DNA from: Candidatus Dormibacteria bacterium
GTDB lineage: Bacteria; Chloroflexota; Dormibacteria; Aeolococcales; Bog-877
NCBI GenBank assembly: GCA_050734135.1
Contig: JBOHUG010000039.1
Location: 4,134-68,133 of the forward strand
DNA length: 64,000 nucleotides
Direction of reading: 5' to 3'
In this document: positions 1 to 10,775 of the stretch, one piece after another
Layout: each line of letters starts with the position of its first letter
Numbering within the stretch: the stretch's first letter is position 1
Translations under genes and position numbers: made by a program
The notes under the pieces: model-generated
What the model was told of the DNA's origin: nothing
Databases searched by the model: none
Seen by the model: only the letters and a program-made list of their open reading frames with translations

Positions 1-250
1 GCCTTCTTGTACGGGCCGAATCTCAACCATCTACCGACGTTGCTGCAGGTACACCAGTCCAGTCCACTGACCACGCTCACGGTACCCGCGGTGCCGACCG
101 CGTTGCCGGAGACGATCATCGTGATCCTTGCCTGGTGGGTCGCCCTGGTGCTACTGGCGATGGCCTCGATGGGGCGCCGCGACGTGCTCAGCTGAACCAC
201 TCGCCCACGACCCCGGTCATCACTCGGGGCGGCCCACAGGTGCGGCTACT

Positions 251-862
251 TTGAGTACTCGAACAACCGAACTCTGCGAGCACGACCGAGGATCGTTGGA
301 GCGCTACCTCGACCGGCTGTACACCGAACGCAGCCGGCGCAACCTGACCCGGGTACCTCGCGAAATGGCGTGGAGCCGTCACGTCGAGGAATCCCTCGAC
401 CTCATCCGGTTGCGGGACTGGACTCCGGGCGAGCGAGTCTTGGACCTTGGAAGTGGTGGGGGAATTCCGGGGATACCGCTGGCGATTGTGCAACCGCTAC
501 TGGCAGTTGGGCTGATCGAGCGGGACCAAGCCAAAGCGGAATTCCTGCGGGGATGTCTGGCGGCACTCGATCTGGCAAGAGTCCAGGTGCTGGCCCTGGA
601 CGCCCTGGAGCTGTCCCGCCGCCCGGACTTTTTCCCGGCCGATGTGGTGGTGTCACGGGCAGCGCTGCCCGTCCGACCCCTGCTCAAAGTGGCAGCTCGC
701 CTTCTGCGCCAGGGCGGCGAGGGACTGGTACATGTCGGGCCCGCGGTCGTGGTCGACCAAGGATTGCAGCTGGCCGCCAGCCGCGCTGGCCTGGGCCAGC
801 TGCGACTGCTTAGGTCCGGCCGCAGTCTTCTGCTGCGATTCCAGCGGCCGGCTAGCGCCTAG
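251..862 (+). CDS. rsmG: 16S rRNA (guanine527-N7)-methyltransferase RsmG (GidB)
   Basis: ORF 128..862 carries the SAM-binding GERVLDLGSGGGIPGIPLAI motif typical of RsmG. The N-terminal ~40 aa of the track ORF look like non-coding read-through. TTG at 251, preceded by an AGGTG-like SD, is proposed as the start, though this is uncertain. Confidence 0.8.
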   Translation: MSTRTTELCEHDRGSLERYLDRLYTERSRRNLTRVPREMAWSRHVEESLDLIRLRDWTPGERVLDLGSGGGIPGIPLAIVQPLLAVGLIERDQAKAEFLRGCLAALDLARVQVLALDALELSRRPDFFPADVVVSRAALPVRPLLKVAARLLRQGGEGLVHVGPAVVVDQGLQLAASRAGLGQLRLLRSGRSLLLRFQRPASA

Positions 863-866
863 CTGC

Positions 867-2054
867 CTAGTCGCTCTCGACGAGCCTGCCCGCTCTCCAG
901 ACCTGGAGCGGGCGCAAGTTGGGGTTCCAGCCGAAGCCGCCCTCGTGGTCAGCATCCCAGAGCACTAGATCGGCCCGCTGCCCGGCGGCTACCCGACCCC
1001 GATCGGAGAGCCCCAGCGAAAGCGACCCGCCCAGCGTTGCCGCGCTCAGCGCCTGTTCGACGCTGAGTCCCAGCTCGGTGACCGCCAACCACACAATCAG
1101 GCTCATCGAGGTGGTTCCCGACGTCCCCGGATTGTGATCGCTGCCCAGAGCCACCGGAACTCCCGCGGCGAGCAGTTGGCGGGCTGGGGGACTCTGGCCC
1201 ATGGCCAGAGCGGTCACCGGACAGAGCGTCGCCACCGTGCACGACCCGGCGAGAACGGCGATCTCCTCTGGGCCGATCTTCAGCAGGTGGTCGGCCGATA
1301 CCGCTCCCAGCTGCACCGCCAGTCTCGTCCCACCGGTGAGTGCCAGCTCATCGGCGTGGAGGCGGAGTTTGAGGCCGGCCTCCCGGGCGGCCCCCAGGAG
1401 CTGGGCCGACTCCGCCGCCGTGAAGGCATCCTGGTCGCAGAAAACATCAGCAAAATCGGCGCCCGCCGCCGCTGCGTCCCGGCTCCAGCTCGCCGCCTCA
1501 CTGACGTATTCCTGGCGCCGGTCTCGGTACTCATCAGGCAGCGCATGCGCACCGAGAAACGTCACCACCAGCTCGGGCAGGCTGGCGTCGCAGGCCAGCT
1601 TGTGCAGGAGCCGCAGCGCCAGCAGTTCGCCTTCCCGCTCCAGCCAGTATCCGGTTTTGGCCTCTACCGTGGTGGTCCCGCCCACGAGCCAATGCCGCAA
1701 CCGCACCCGCAGTCGTTCTTCCAGGGTGTCCCAGGCCTCGGCTCGAGTGGCTCGGACGGTGGCGGAGATTCCGCCGCCTCGGGCTGCGATCTCCGTGTAG
1801 CCAGCTCCCTCCGATCGCTCGCTGATCTCAGACAACCGGGGATGCGCGTAGACCGGATGGGTGTGAGCATCGATCAGCCCGGCGGTCAGGAGTGCCCCCT
1901 GGCAGTCGAAGACCTCGGCGTCGGATGCGGCACTCGAAGTTCCACTCTGTCCCACCGCCACGATCCGATCGGCGCCGATCACCACATCGACGTTCTCCAG
2001 CACCGGCTGGTTGGCGGTGTAAAGCCGGCCGATTCGGGCCAGCCGAGTTGTCAC
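867..2054 (-). CDS. hutI: imidazolonepropionase HutI
   Basis: Amidohydrolase fold with DAHTHP...HADE...GSDHNPG motifs matching the HutI family. The upstream part of the 550-aa track ORF overlaps hutF. GTG at 2054 overlaps the hutF TGA stop (GTGA), giving a 395-aa product. Confidence 0.88.
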   Translation of the reverse strand: MTTRLARIGRLYTANQPVLENVDVVIGADRIVAVGQSGTSSAASDAEVFDCQGALLTAGLIDAHTHPVYAHPRLSEISERSEGAGYTEIAARGGGISATVRATRAEAWDTLEERLRVRLRHWLVGGTTTVEAKTGYWLEREGELLALRLLHKLACDASLPELVVTFLGAHALPDEYRDRRQEYVSEAASWSRDAAAAGADFADVFCDQDAFTAAESAQLLGAAREAGLKLRLHADELALTGGTRLAVQLGAVSADHLLKIGPEEIAVLAGSCTVATLCPVTALAMGQSPPARQLLAAGVPVALGSDHNPGTSGTTSMSLIVWLAVTELGLSVEQALSAATLGGSLSLGLSDRGRVAAGQRADLVLWDADHEGGFGWNPNLRPLQVWRAGRLVESD

Positions 2055-3424
2055 GAGGCCATTTCGGCCAGGGCGCTCTGCCAGGCGGGCTCGAGACTCT
2101 CCAGCACGGTCTCCAGCTTCTCCGCTACGCTCCCGAGCCGCAGGTGACGGCCCTCCCGGACCACCTCCATCCCCCCAACAACCACCGACCGCACGTCGGC
2201 GGCACCGGCCCCGAAGACGACCCGCGGTCCGAGGTCGGCAAGACCGGCTCCCGCGAGACGCGGGCTCTGCAGATCCAGGGTCGTGAAGTCGGCGAGACGG
2301 CCGGGCTGGAGTTCCCCGGTGTCCCACCCCAACGCCGCCATTCCCTGAATCGTGGCGGCTCGGAGCAGAGCGTCCGAACCGAGCCAGCCCCGGTGTCCAG
2401 TAACCAGCCTTCGATCCAACTCGATCGCTCGCGCCTCCTCGAAGAGATCCACCGCCGCGTTGCTGTCGCTTCCCAGGCAGACCGGGCTGCCGGCCGCCAG
2501 AAGCCGGTCGGCGGGACAAACGCCGTCGCCGAGGTCTCGCTCAGTGGTGGGGCAGACACAGATCCGCGTCCCCGTCTCGCCCAGCCGGAGGACGTCGCTT
2601 TCGGTGAGGTGGATCGCATGGACCGCCGTTGTTTGCGGGCCCAGAACACCGCAGGAGTCCAGTAGCTCGGTGGGGGTTTGGCCGGTTGCGGCCAGGCAGG
2701 CCGCATTCTCCGCAGGCTGCTCGGAGAGGTGAAGGTGAAGCGGAGCCTGCCGCTGGCGGGCCCACTCGGCCACCACCCGCATCGCTGACTCGCCCACCGC
2801 CCGGACGCTGTGGATGGCTGCCCCCCGACGCAGGAGGGCCCTCTCCGGCAAACGCTCCGCCCGCTGAACCCAGGCGGCTGCCTCCCGGTCGGTGAAACGA
2901 AGCGCGGCGCCTGCGAGCGGTGTCGGGCCGAAGCCGCCGCGGAGGTAGCAGGTGTCGAGGAGGGTGAGGCGGATCCCCGCCTCAGCGCCGGCGGCGACCA
3001 GCGCCTCCTCCATCTCCGGTGTCTGATACGGCTGGCCACCTGGCTGGTGATGGAGGTAGTGAAACTCCCCAACGGCGGTGATCCCGGCGAGCGTCATCTC
3101 CCCCATCGTCGCCCGAGCGAGTTCGAAGTACTGCTCCGGCTTCAGGAACGACGCCAGGGCGTACATTCGCCGACGCCAGCCCCAGAAGTCCTGCCCCCCC
3201 AAATCCGGTGCTTGGCAGCGGCCCCGCAGGGCTCGGTGGAAGGCGTGAGAGTGGACGTTGGCCAGCCCCGGGAGGGTCAGTCCGGAAAGCACCTTGGCTC
3301 CCGCCGGGACCGGGACATCGCCGAGCGACTCCACTCGCCTGAGTCGACCGGCGTCCTCCTCCATGAGGACCCTGGGTAGGAACTGGCCTCCCGTCCAGGC
3401 CAGCTCTGCCAGCCAAAGCGTCAT
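2051..3424 (-). CDS. hutF: formimidoylglutamate deiminase HutF
   Basis: 457 aa with N-terminal NVHSHAFHRALRG metal-binding motif and cytosine/guanine-deaminase-like amidohydrolase fold. Position between hutU and hutI fits HutF. Confidence 0.82.
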   Translation of the reverse strand: MTLWLAELAWTGGQFLPRVLMEEDAGRLRRVESLGDVPVPAGAKVLSGLTLPGLANVHSHAFHRALRGRCQAPDLGGQDFWGWRRRMYALASFLKPEQYFELARATMGEMTLAGITAVGEFHYLHHQPGGQPYQTPEMEEALVAAGAEAGIRLTLLDTCYLRGGFGPTPLAGAALRFTDREAAAWVQRAERLPERALLRRGAAIHSVRAVGESAMRVVAEWARQRQAPLHLHLSEQPAENAACLAATGQTPTELLDSCGVLGPQTTAVHAIHLTESDVLRLGETGTRICVCPTTERDLGDGVCPADRLLAAGSPVCLGSDSNAAVDLFEEARAIELDRRLVTGHRGWLGSDALLRAATIQGMAALGWDTGELQPGRLADFTTLDLQSPRLAGAGLADLGPRVVFGAGAADVRSVVVGGMEVVREGRHLRLGSVAEKLETVLESLEPAWQSALAEMAS

Positions 3425-5079
3425 CAGTCCTCCCGCATCGGGATCCGGACGCCGCGCTCTTCAGCGGTGCTGAGCGCGATCTGGTAGCCAGCGTCGGCGT
3501 GGCGGATGACTCCGGTGCCAGGATCGTTGAGGAGACAGCGGGCCAGCTTCTCAGCTGCCAGCTTCGAGCCGTCGGCGAGCGCCACCAGACCGGAGTGGAT
3601 CGAGCGGCCGATCCCGACGCCGCCACCGTGGTGCACCGAGACCCAGGTCGCGCCACTCGCGGTGTTGAGGAGAGCGTTGAGGATGGGCCAGTCGGCGATG
3701 GCGTCACTACCATCCTGCATCGACTCGGTCTCCCGGTAGGGGGAGGCGACTGAGCCGGAGTCGAGGTGGTCTCGACCGATCACGATGGGCGCCTTCAGCT
3801 GGCCCTTTCGGACCATTTCGTTGAACCGCAGCCCGAGCCGGTCCCGCTCCCCGTAGCCGAGCCAGCAGATCCGAGCCGGCAGCCCCTGAAAGGCAACCCG
3901 CTCCGACGCCATCCGAATCCAACGCGCCAGCGCCTCGTTCTCGGGGAACTCCTCCAGGGCAGCGCGATCGGTGGCGCCAATGTCCGCGGGGTCCCCGCTC
4001 AGAGCGGCCCATCGGAAGGGCCCCTTCCCTTCGCTGAAGAGGGGTCGGATGTAGGCGGGGACAAAGCCCGGGTAGTCGAAGGCTCGCTCGCAGCCCCCGA
4101 GCTCCGCCTCCGCCCGAAGACTGTTGCCGTAGTCGAAGACCTCGGCACCCCGGTCCTGCAGCGCCACCAACGCCGAGACGTGCCTGGCCATCGATTCCCG
4201 GCTGCGCAGGATGTATTCGCCGGCGTCCTCCAGACGCAGGTCGGCCGCCTCCGGCAGGGTGAGCCCGGCCGGGAGGTACATCAGCGGGTCGTGGGCGGGA
4301 GTCTGGTCGGTCGCGATGTCGACCCGGAAGTCGCGTCTCAGGATCTCAGGAACCAGCTCCGCGGCATTGCCGAGCACCGCGATCGAGACCGCTTCCTTTG
4401 AGGTCCTCGCCGCCTCCGCCTGCTCGAGCGCCGAGTCCAGGTCGGGCGCCCAGCGATCCAGGTACCGGTGGTCCAGGCGGCGCTGGATCCGGTCCGGGTC
4501 GATCTCAATGCAGATCGCCACCCCGCCGTTCATGGTCACGGCCAGCGGTTGGGCGCCCCCCATGCCGCCCAGCCCGGCGGTCAGGGAGACGGTGCCGGCC
4601 AGCGAACCGCCGAAGCGCTTGGAGGCGATGGCGGCGAAGGTCTCGAAGGTGCCTTGCAGTATCCCCTGAGTGCCGATGTAAATCCAGGAGCCGGCCGTCA
4701 TCTGACCGTACATCGTCAGCCCCTCCAGCTCGAGTCGCCGAAACTCCTCCTGGGTCGCCCACTGCGGGACGAGCAGGGCGTTGGCGATGAGTACCCGGGG
4801 GGCCCATTCGTGGGTGCGGAAGATTCCCACCGGCTTGCCAGACTGGACCAGGAGGGTCTCGTCGCCCTCCAGAGCACGGAGGCTGCGGACGATCGCGTCG
4901 TAGGCGTCCCAGGATCGGGCGGCCCGACCGGAACCCCCGTAGACCACCAGTTGGTCGGGATTCTCCGCGACCTCCGGGTCGAGATTGTTCATCAACATCC
5001 GCAGCGCCGCCTCCTGAGGCCAGCCCTTGCAGCTGAGCTCGGAGCCGCGCGGTGCCCTTACCGGCCGGGGACCGCTCAC
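3424..5079 (-). CDS. hutU: urocanate hydratase HutU
   Basis: 551 aa, full-length match to the urocanase family (NAD-binding [19 protein letters not shown] motifs). Confidence 0.95.
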   Translation of the reverse strand: MSGPRPVRAPRGSELSCKGWPQEAALRMLMNNLDPEVAENPDQLVVYGGSGRAARSWDAYDAIVRSLRALEGDETLLVQSGKPVGIFRTHEWAPRVLIANALLVPQWATQEEFRRLELEGLTMYGQMTAGSWIYIGTQGILQGTFETFAAIASKRFGGSLAGTVSLTAGLGGMGGAQPLAVTMNGGVAICIEIDPDRIQRRLDHRYLDRWAPDLDSALEQAEAARTSKEAVSIAVLGNAAELVPEILRRDFRVDIATDQTPAHDPLMYLPAGLTLPEAADLRLEDAGEYILRSRESMARHVSALVALQDRGAEVFDYGNSLRAEAELGGCERAFDYPGFVPAYIRPLFSEGKGPFRWAALSGDPADIGATDRAALEEFPENEALARWIRMASERVAFQGLPARICWLGYGERDRLGLRFNEMVRKGQLKAPIVIGRDHLDSGSVASPYRETESMQDGSDAIADWPILNALLNTASGATWVSVHHGGGVGIGRSIHSGLVALADGSKLAAEKLARCLLNDPGTGVIRHADAGYQIALSTAEERGVRIPMRED

Positions 5080-6668
5080 GGGAGTTCTCCCACCACCGCT
5101 TCGGCCTGGCGCAGGACCTGACCCGAACGCACCGCCGCCGCCACCGATTCCAGCTCCGGCGAGAGGAAGCGGTCCGGACCCACCCCGCCGCCCAGCTTAC
5201 GCACCAACTCCGCCACTCTGCCGTCCGCCGCCGAGGGTTCGAGCGGGGACCGCAGCTCGAGGGCCCTCGAGGAGGCCAGCAGTTCCACCGCCAGCACCCG
5301 GGAGAGATTGGTCACCACCTGGCGCAGCTTGCGGGCCGCGCCCCAACCCATCGAGACATGGTCCTCCTGCATCCCCGAGGTGGGGATCGAGTCCACGCTC
5401 GCAGGAGCGGCCAGCCGCCGGTTCTCCGCCACGATGGCGGCCGCGGTGTACTGACCGATCATCAAGCCCGAGTTGACCCCGGCTTCGGGGGCTAGGAAGG
5501 GTGGCAGCCCCGAAGATCGCGCCGGGTCGAGCATCCGGTCGACTCGCCGTTCGGCGATCGAGCCCACCTCGGCGGCGGCGATGCTGAGGTAATCGCAGGC
5601 GAAGGCCAGCGGCTCGCCATGAAAGTTCCCGGTCGACTCCAGCCGGCCGTCGGGGAGCACTACCGGGTTGTCCACCGCGGACCTCAGCTCGCGGTCAGCA
5701 ACCTGGCGCGCGAACTCCACTGTGTCCCGGGCGGCCCCGACCACCTGGGGTGCGCAGCGGATCGAATACGGATCCTGAACCAGATGCGGTGAGCTGCGGT
5801 GCGAGGCCAGGACACCGGATTGCTGCAGAAGCAGACGCAGATTGGCCGCGCTCTGGATCTGCCCGGGATGAGGCCTGATCTGATTTAGGTCTGCGGCGAA
5901 GGGACGATCGGTTCCGAGCAGCGCCTCGGTGGAGAGGGCGGCCGCGATATCGGCGGTGGGGAGGAGCACCGCCAGGTCAGCCAGGGCCAGCACCAGCATC
6001 CCCAGCATCCCGTCGGTTCCGTTGATCAGGCTGAGCCCGTCCTTGACCTCCAGCCGGAGCGGTCTTAGACCGAACTCGCTGAGCGCCCGGCTGCCGCTCA
6101 CCGTGCGGCCGTCCGGGAGCTGGGCGTGACCCTCTCCGAGCAGCACTAGCGACATGTGTGCCAGCGGCGCCAGGTCGCCGCTGGCCCCGAGCGAGCCGTG
6201 CTCGGGGACTACCGGAGCGATTCCGGCGTTTAGCAAGTCGACCAGTCCCATGGCGACGGCGGGGCGGCTCCCGGAGAAGCCCATGCAGAGGGTCCGGGCT
6301 CGAAGCAGCATCATGGCCCGTACCACCTCGCGCTCGACCGGCTCACCCATCCCGGCCGCATGCGACCGGATCAGGGCGTGCTGAAGGTCAGACCGGCGGT
6401 CCACCGCGATGCGGGTTGTGGCCAAGAGACCGAAGCCGGTAGACACTCCGTACACCGGGTCGGGGCTGTTCCCCGCCTGGTCAACCAGGGCTCGGGCCTG
6501 CTCCATGGCATGGACGGCGTCTTCGGAGATCTCCACCGGCGCTCCTTGGCGAGCGACTGCCGCCACCTCCGCCCTGGCGATTCCCGTCGTACCGAGCAAA
6601 ACGGGCGCGGACTCCCGGGCGGTCAACGTCGGACCGTCGGTAGTTCGGCTGGCAAAGGAGCCGTCCAA
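5076..6668 (-). CDS. hutH: histidine ammonia-lyase HutH
   Basis: 530 aa with the ASGDL triad that forms the MIO cofactor and an aromatic amino-acid lyase fold. ATGA overlap with hutU. Confidence 0.93.
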   Translation of the reverse strand: MDGSFASRTTDGPTLTARESAPVLLGTTGIARAEVAAVARQGAPVEISEDAVHAMEQARALVDQAGNSPDPVYGVSTGFGLLATTRIAVDRRSDLQHALIRSHAAGMGEPVEREVVRAMMLLRARTLCMGFSGSRPAVAMGLVDLLNAGIAPVVPEHGSLGASGDLAPLAHMSLVLLGEGHAQLPDGRTVSGSRALSEFGLRPLRLEVKDGLSLINGTDGMLGMLVLALADLAVLLPTADIAAALSTEALLGTDRPFAADLNQIRPHPGQIQSAANLRLLLQQSGVLASHRSSPHLVQDPYSIRCAPQVVGAARDTVEFARQVADRELRSAVDNPVVLPDGRLESTGNFHGEPLAFACDYLSIAAAEVGSIAERRVDRMLDPARSSGLPPFLAPEAGVNSGLMIGQYTAAAIVAENRRLAAPASVDSIPTSGMQEDHVSMGWGAARKLRQVVTNLSRVLAVELLASSRALELRSPLEPSAADGRVAELVRKLGGGVGPDRFLSPELESVAAAVRSGQVLRQAEAVVGELP

Positions 6669-6746
6669 ATCATGGGTGTGACAGATTGTGCGGGGTCGGC
6701 CAGCCGGACCGCGATGGCGTCCGGGACCGGTGCCGGGCCACCTCTT

Positions 6747-7826
6747 TCAGCCGCCCGCTCCGAGGTAAGAGTTCGCGAACTCGAGGAAGCCATCGTTTTC
6801 GAAGGAGGTACCGATGGTGACGCGGACCCCGTCGCCGGGGAAGCACCGCACGCTGATCCCCGCTGTCCGGCATTCCTCGGCGAATCCTTGGGACCGCGCT
6901 CCCAAGGGCAGCCAGAGAAAGTTGGCGCCTGACACCGGGACGGTGAATCCCGCCGCCACCAGATTGGTCCGCACCCGTTCCCGCTCGGCAACCGTTGCTC
7001 GCACTTGCCCGGCAAGTAGTTCCTCCTGGTCCAAGGCCGCCACGGCGGCGGCTTGGGCCACTGTGGTGAGGGTGAATGGCAGGGCCACCTGGGCCACGGT
7101 TTCGACCACCTCGGGGTCGGCAACGCACCAGCCGATGCGCATGCCGGCGAGTGCATACGCCTTGGAAAACGTGCGCATCACCACGATGTTGGGCTGGCTT
7201 CGTGCCAGCGCGATCCCCTGGCCCCCCAGCTCCGGATCCGCGTACTCGCTGTACGCCTCGTCCAGGATCAGCAGGCACTCGTCCGGCACCGCCTTAGCGA
7301 AGTTTCCCAGGGCGTCCGCGGCGACGACGGTGCCGCTGGGATTGTTGGGGTTCGCCAGCAGTACTACCCGGGTGCGGGCGTGGATGGCCGCTGCCAATGC
7401 AGTCAGGTCCAAACGCTCATCCCGCAGCGGTACTCGCACCGAGCGAGCTCCCAGCGACTGCACCAGGATGGGATAGGCCTCGTAGGAACGCCAGCCGAAG
7501 ACCACCTCGCTGTCGTGGCCGGCGTAAGCGGTTAGCAGATCTCGCAACAGCTCCAGTGATCCCCCGGCGACCGCCACCGTGTCCGGTGGAACGGAGTGTT
7601 TTTCGGCCAATCGGCGCGCCAGTTCCCGGCCGTCGCCGGGATACCGATTGGCGCCGACGGCGGCCGCTGCCATGGCCGTCACCATGCTCTCTGGCAGCGG
7701 GTAAGGGGACTCGTTGCTTGAGAGCTTGTGCCCCGGGGCGCCGTCCGCTCGGACCGCCGAGGACCCCGCCGCGTAGCGCGGCATGTGGTCGAGGTAGGCG
7801 CGCGCTCGCGGCGGTCGGCGGGTCAC
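6747..7826 (-). CDS. histidinol-phosphate/aromatic aminotransferase family (class II PLP aminotransferase, HisC-like)
   Basis: 359 aa with the LSSNESPYPLP N-terminal motif and aminotransferase class I/II fold. ATGA overlap with the upstream FAD oxidase. Confidence 0.78.
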   Translation of the reverse strand: MTRRPPRARAYLDHMPRYAAGSSAVRADGAPGHKLSSNESPYPLPESMVTAMAAAAVGANRYPGDGRELARRLAEKHSVPPDTVAVAGGSLELLRDLLTAYAGHDSEVVFGWRSYEAYPILVQSLGARSVRVPLRDERLDLTALAAAIHARTRVVLLANPNNPSGTVVAADALGNFAKAVPDECLLILDEAYSEYADPELGGQGIALARSQPNIVVMRTFSKAYALAGMRIGWCVADPEVVETVAQVALPFTLTTVAQAAAVAALDQEELLAGQVRATVAERERVRTNLVAAGFTVPVSGANFLWLPLGARSQGFAEECRTAGISVRCFPGDGVRVTIGTSFENDGFLEFANSYLGAGG

Positions 7827-9229
7827 GGCTCTGCCATCACTTTCGGCTCCCCGAGCACCTTGCCGGGATTGAGGATTCCGCTCGGGTCGAGGGCGGTTTT
7901 GAGGCGATGCATGAGCTCCACTCCCGGTCCATGCTCCTTGGTTAAAAACTCCATCTTTCCAAGGCCAATCCCGTGCTCCCCGGTGCAGGTGCCCGCCAGC
8001 GCCAGGGCCCGGGTTACCAGCCGCTGGTGCACCTCGGTAGCCTTCCGCATCTCCTCGGCGTCATCAGGAAACACCACGAAAGACAGGTGGAAGTTACCAT
8101 CCCCCACGTGGCCGACAATCGGGGCCAGTACGCCACTGCGCTCGATGTCGGCCTTGGTCTCGTCGATGCAGGAGGCCAACGCCGAGATCGGTACGCAGAC
8201 GTCGGTCGACCAGGTACTGGCCCCCGGGCGCAGGGCCTTGGCTGCATAGAGCGCGTGATGGCGCGCCTGCCAGAGGCGTTTGCGGTCGGCGGGTGCTGCT
8301 GTCCATGCCAGTTCCCCGCCATGGGCCGTGACAATCGCGGTCGCCTCCGCGACCTGCTCCTTGACGGCGGCCGGCCCGCCGTGGAATTCCAAAAACAGAG
8401 TCGGGCAGACCGGATGGTGGAGTTCGCTGAAGCGGTTGACCGCATCGACCATGACCTCGTCTAGCAGCTCGATGCGCGCCAACGGGATGCCACACTGAAT
8501 CATCTCGATCACCGCGCCCACGGTCTCGTGGAGGTCGCGAAGGCTGCAGACCGCCGACGCCACCTCCTCAGGGAGTCCCCAGACCCTGAGGGTCGCCGAG
8601 GCGATCACGCCAAGCGTTCCTTCCGACCCGACGAACAATCGGGTCAGGTCGTAACCGGCGGCCGACTTGCGAGCCCGCCCACCGGTGGGCACCACCTCCC
8701 CGTTGGCGAGGACGACGGTCAGCCCCAGAGTGTTTTCCTTCATGGTCCCGTAGCGAACCGCGTTGGTCCCGCTGGCCCGGGTCGCGACCATGCCACCCAG
8801 GGTGGGATCCGAGCCTGGATCGACGGGAAAAAACAGTCCCTCGCTGCCGAGACGCTCATTCAGCTGGCTCAAGGCCACACCCGCCTCGACGGTGACGTCG
8901 AGGTCGTCGGTGCCGACCCGGAGAATCCGGTTCATCCGGGACAGGTCGAGCGAGATCCCACCCCGGACAGGCACCACCCCACCCTCCAGTCCGGTACCGG
9001 CCCCGAAGGGAACCACCGGGATCCCGTGCGCGTTGCAGACTTGGAGCACGAAGACGATATCCTCGACCCGACGGCACGACACCACCGCGTCGGGGAGCCT
9101 TGCCTGATGGTGGGACTCGTCCCGACTGTGCTGTTCCAAGACCGAACGCTCTGTGCTGAGCTGTTCCCCTAGGCGAGTTTGAAGGACCGAGGAAACGAGA
9201 GCCAGCTTTGACTCCCCGCCCTGCTCCAT
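7823..9229 (-). CDS. FAD-linked oxidase (GlcD / D-lactate dehydrogenase family)
   Basis: 468 aa with FAD_binding_4 motifs (PFGAGTGLEGG, VGSEGTLGVI) and a C-terminal FAD-oxidase domain. Confidence 0.8.
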   Translation of the reverse strand: MEQGGESKLALVSSVLQTRLGEQLSTERSVLEQHSRDESHHQARLPDAVVSCRRVEDIVFVLQVCNAHGIPVVPFGAGTGLEGGVVPVRGGISLDLSRMNRILRVGTDDLDVTVEAGVALSQLNERLGSEGLFFPVDPGSDPTLGGMVATRASGTNAVRYGTMKENTLGLTVVLANGEVVPTGGRARKSAAGYDLTRLFVGSEGTLGVIASATLRVWGLPEEVASAVCSLRDLHETVGAVIEMIQCGIPLARIELLDEVMVDAVNRFSELHHPVCPTLFLEFHGGPAAVKEQVAEATAIVTAHGGELAWTAAPADRKRLWQARHHALYAAKALRPGASTWSTDVCVPISALASCIDETKADIERSGVLAPIVGHVGDGNFHLSFVVFPDDAEEMRKATEVHQRLVTRALALAGTCTGEHGIGLGKMEFLTKEHGPGVELMHRLKTALDPSGILNPGKVLGEPKVMAEP

Positions 9230-9233
9230 ACCG

Positions 9234-10730
9234 TCAGCGCCCGCGCAACTCGCGCAGCGCCGCCTCGGCCGCTCCTCGTTCGTCCCAGGGTTCCGCTCCG
9301 GAGGCCGAGAGGATGCTTCGCTCGTGGCCCTTGCCGGCCAGCAGGACGGTGTCTCCGGCCAGCGCTCCTCCGATGGCGAGGCGGACCGCCCGGGTGCGGT
9401 CAGGGTCGCGGTGGAGGTTGGACTCGGGATCGGCCCCGGCCGCGACCGCGCCGCTCCAGATCTCGTCGATGATCGCCTCGGGATCCTCCCCGCGGGGGTC
9501 CTCGGAGGTGATCACCACCTGGTCGGCCAGCTGGGCCGCGATCCGGCCCATCTCCGCCCGCTTGGCTAGGTCGCGCTCCCCGGCACTCCCGAAGACGACC
9601 CACAGCCGGCCTGCGGTGGCCCCTCGCAGCTCATGCAGCGCTAGCGTCAGGGCGGCTGGGGTGTGGGCGTAGTCGACCACCACCGAGAACGGCTGGCCCA
9701 GGTCGACGACCTCCATCCTTCCGGGAACGGCCGGGAGCTCGGCCAGGCCCGCCACCAGCGCCAGGAGGGGCTGGTCTAGAAGCAACCCGGCAGCCAGGGC
9801 CGCCAGCGCGTTCGCGACGTTCCAGCGTCCCGAGGTCGCCAGTTGCACCGGGGCGGCGCCAGCCGGAGTCAGCGCCTGGAACCTGATCCCGCAGACTTCG
9901 GGCACCACCTGGTCGGCGCGGAGATCCGCCCTCCCGTCTCCCGTCGCGCTGTAGGTGAGGACCCGGCCGGGGGCTCGGCACCGAAGCAGGGGATACGCTC
10001 GGGAGTCATCCTGGTTGAGCACCGCGAATCCGCCCGCCGAGGCCGCTCGATCCAAGAGCGAGGCCTTGGCTTCGAAGTAACTCTCCCAGCTGCCATGGAA
10101 GTCCAGGTGCTCGTGGGTGATGCTGGTGTAGACCGCGCCGGCGAACCGAATCTCGTTTAGCCGGCCCAGAGCCAGTCCGTGCGAGGTTGACTCCAGCGCG
10201 ATCGCCCGACACCCCTCGTCCACCATCCGACGCAGCCAGCCCTGGAGCTCCAGCGATTCCAAGGTGGTCTGCCGGCTCCGGTTGGCCTCGATCTCAGGAC
10301 CGATCCGGAAGTCGACGGTGCTGAGGCTACCCACCTTCCCCATGGCGGCGGAGAGAGCCGCTTGAATCATGGTCGTGGTGGTGGTCTTGCCGTCGGTCCC
10401 GGTGATCCCAACCACCGGGACCGAGTTCGCCGGGTGGTCAAAGTAGGTGGCCGCGAGCACGGCCAGCGCCGACCGGCAGTTCTTCACTAACACCAGGCGC
10501 TGGGGGTCAACCGTGGGCAGCGCATGTTCGACCATCGCCACCAGCGCGCCGCGGGCCACGGCACCGGCCACGAATTCATGGCCATCGTGGTGTTGGCCGG
10601 GGATGGCTACGAAGACCATCCCCGGGCAGACTTGCCGTGAGTCGTAACTGATCCCCGTCACCTCGACGTCCCCTGCGGCCCCGGAGACCGGGGGCACCCC
10701 GATTGCGGATGCGAGTTGGGACCAGCGCAT
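9234..10730 (-). CDS. murE: UDP-N-acetylmuramoyl-L-alanyl-D-glutamate--2,6-diaminopimelate ligase (MurE-like Mur ligase)
   Basis: 498 aa with Mur ligase P-loop GITGTDGKTTTT, DYAHTP and the DAP-specificity-like TSEDPRGEDP motif. Sits outside any dcw cluster. Confidence 0.75.
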   Translation of the reverse strand: MRWSQLASAIGVPPVSGAAGDVEVTGISYDSRQVCPGMVFVAIPGQHHDGHEFVAGAVARGALVAMVEHALPTVDPQRLVLVKNCRSALAVLAATYFDHPANSVPVVGITGTDGKTTTTTMIQAALSAAMGKVGSLSTVDFRIGPEIEANRSRQTTLESLELQGWLRRMVDEGCRAIALESTSHGLALGRLNEIRFAGAVYTSITHEHLDFHGSWESYFEAKASLLDRAASAGGFAVLNQDDSRAYPLLRCRAPGRVLTYSATGDGRADLRADQVVPEVCGIRFQALTPAGAAPVQLATSGRWNVANALAALAAGLLLDQPLLALVAGLAELPAVPGRMEVVDLGQPFSVVVDYAHTPAALTLALHELRGATAGRLWVVFGSAGERDLAKRAEMGRIAAQLADQVVITSEDPRGEDPEAIIDEIWSGAVAAGADPESNLHRDPDRTRAVRLAIGGALAGDTVLLAGKGHERSILSASGAEPWDERGAAEAALRELRGR

Positions 10731-10775
10731 ACCCCAAGCCTATCCGCCGTCCCCCGCCGGCACCGCGAGGCCACA

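Noticed and set aside
1134-2147. Long opposite-strand or alternate-frame ORFs overlapping hutI/hutF, the FAD oxidase, murE, the ADH gene and others. Examples are 1134..2147 (+), 2125..3072 (-), 10740..12170 (-), 17448..18485 (-) and 8528..9172 (+).
   Set aside because: These are typical shadow ORFs of a ~70% GC genome. They have Arg/Pro/Gly-rich low-complexity translations and no family resemblance. Each overlaps a well-supported gene on the other strand or frame.
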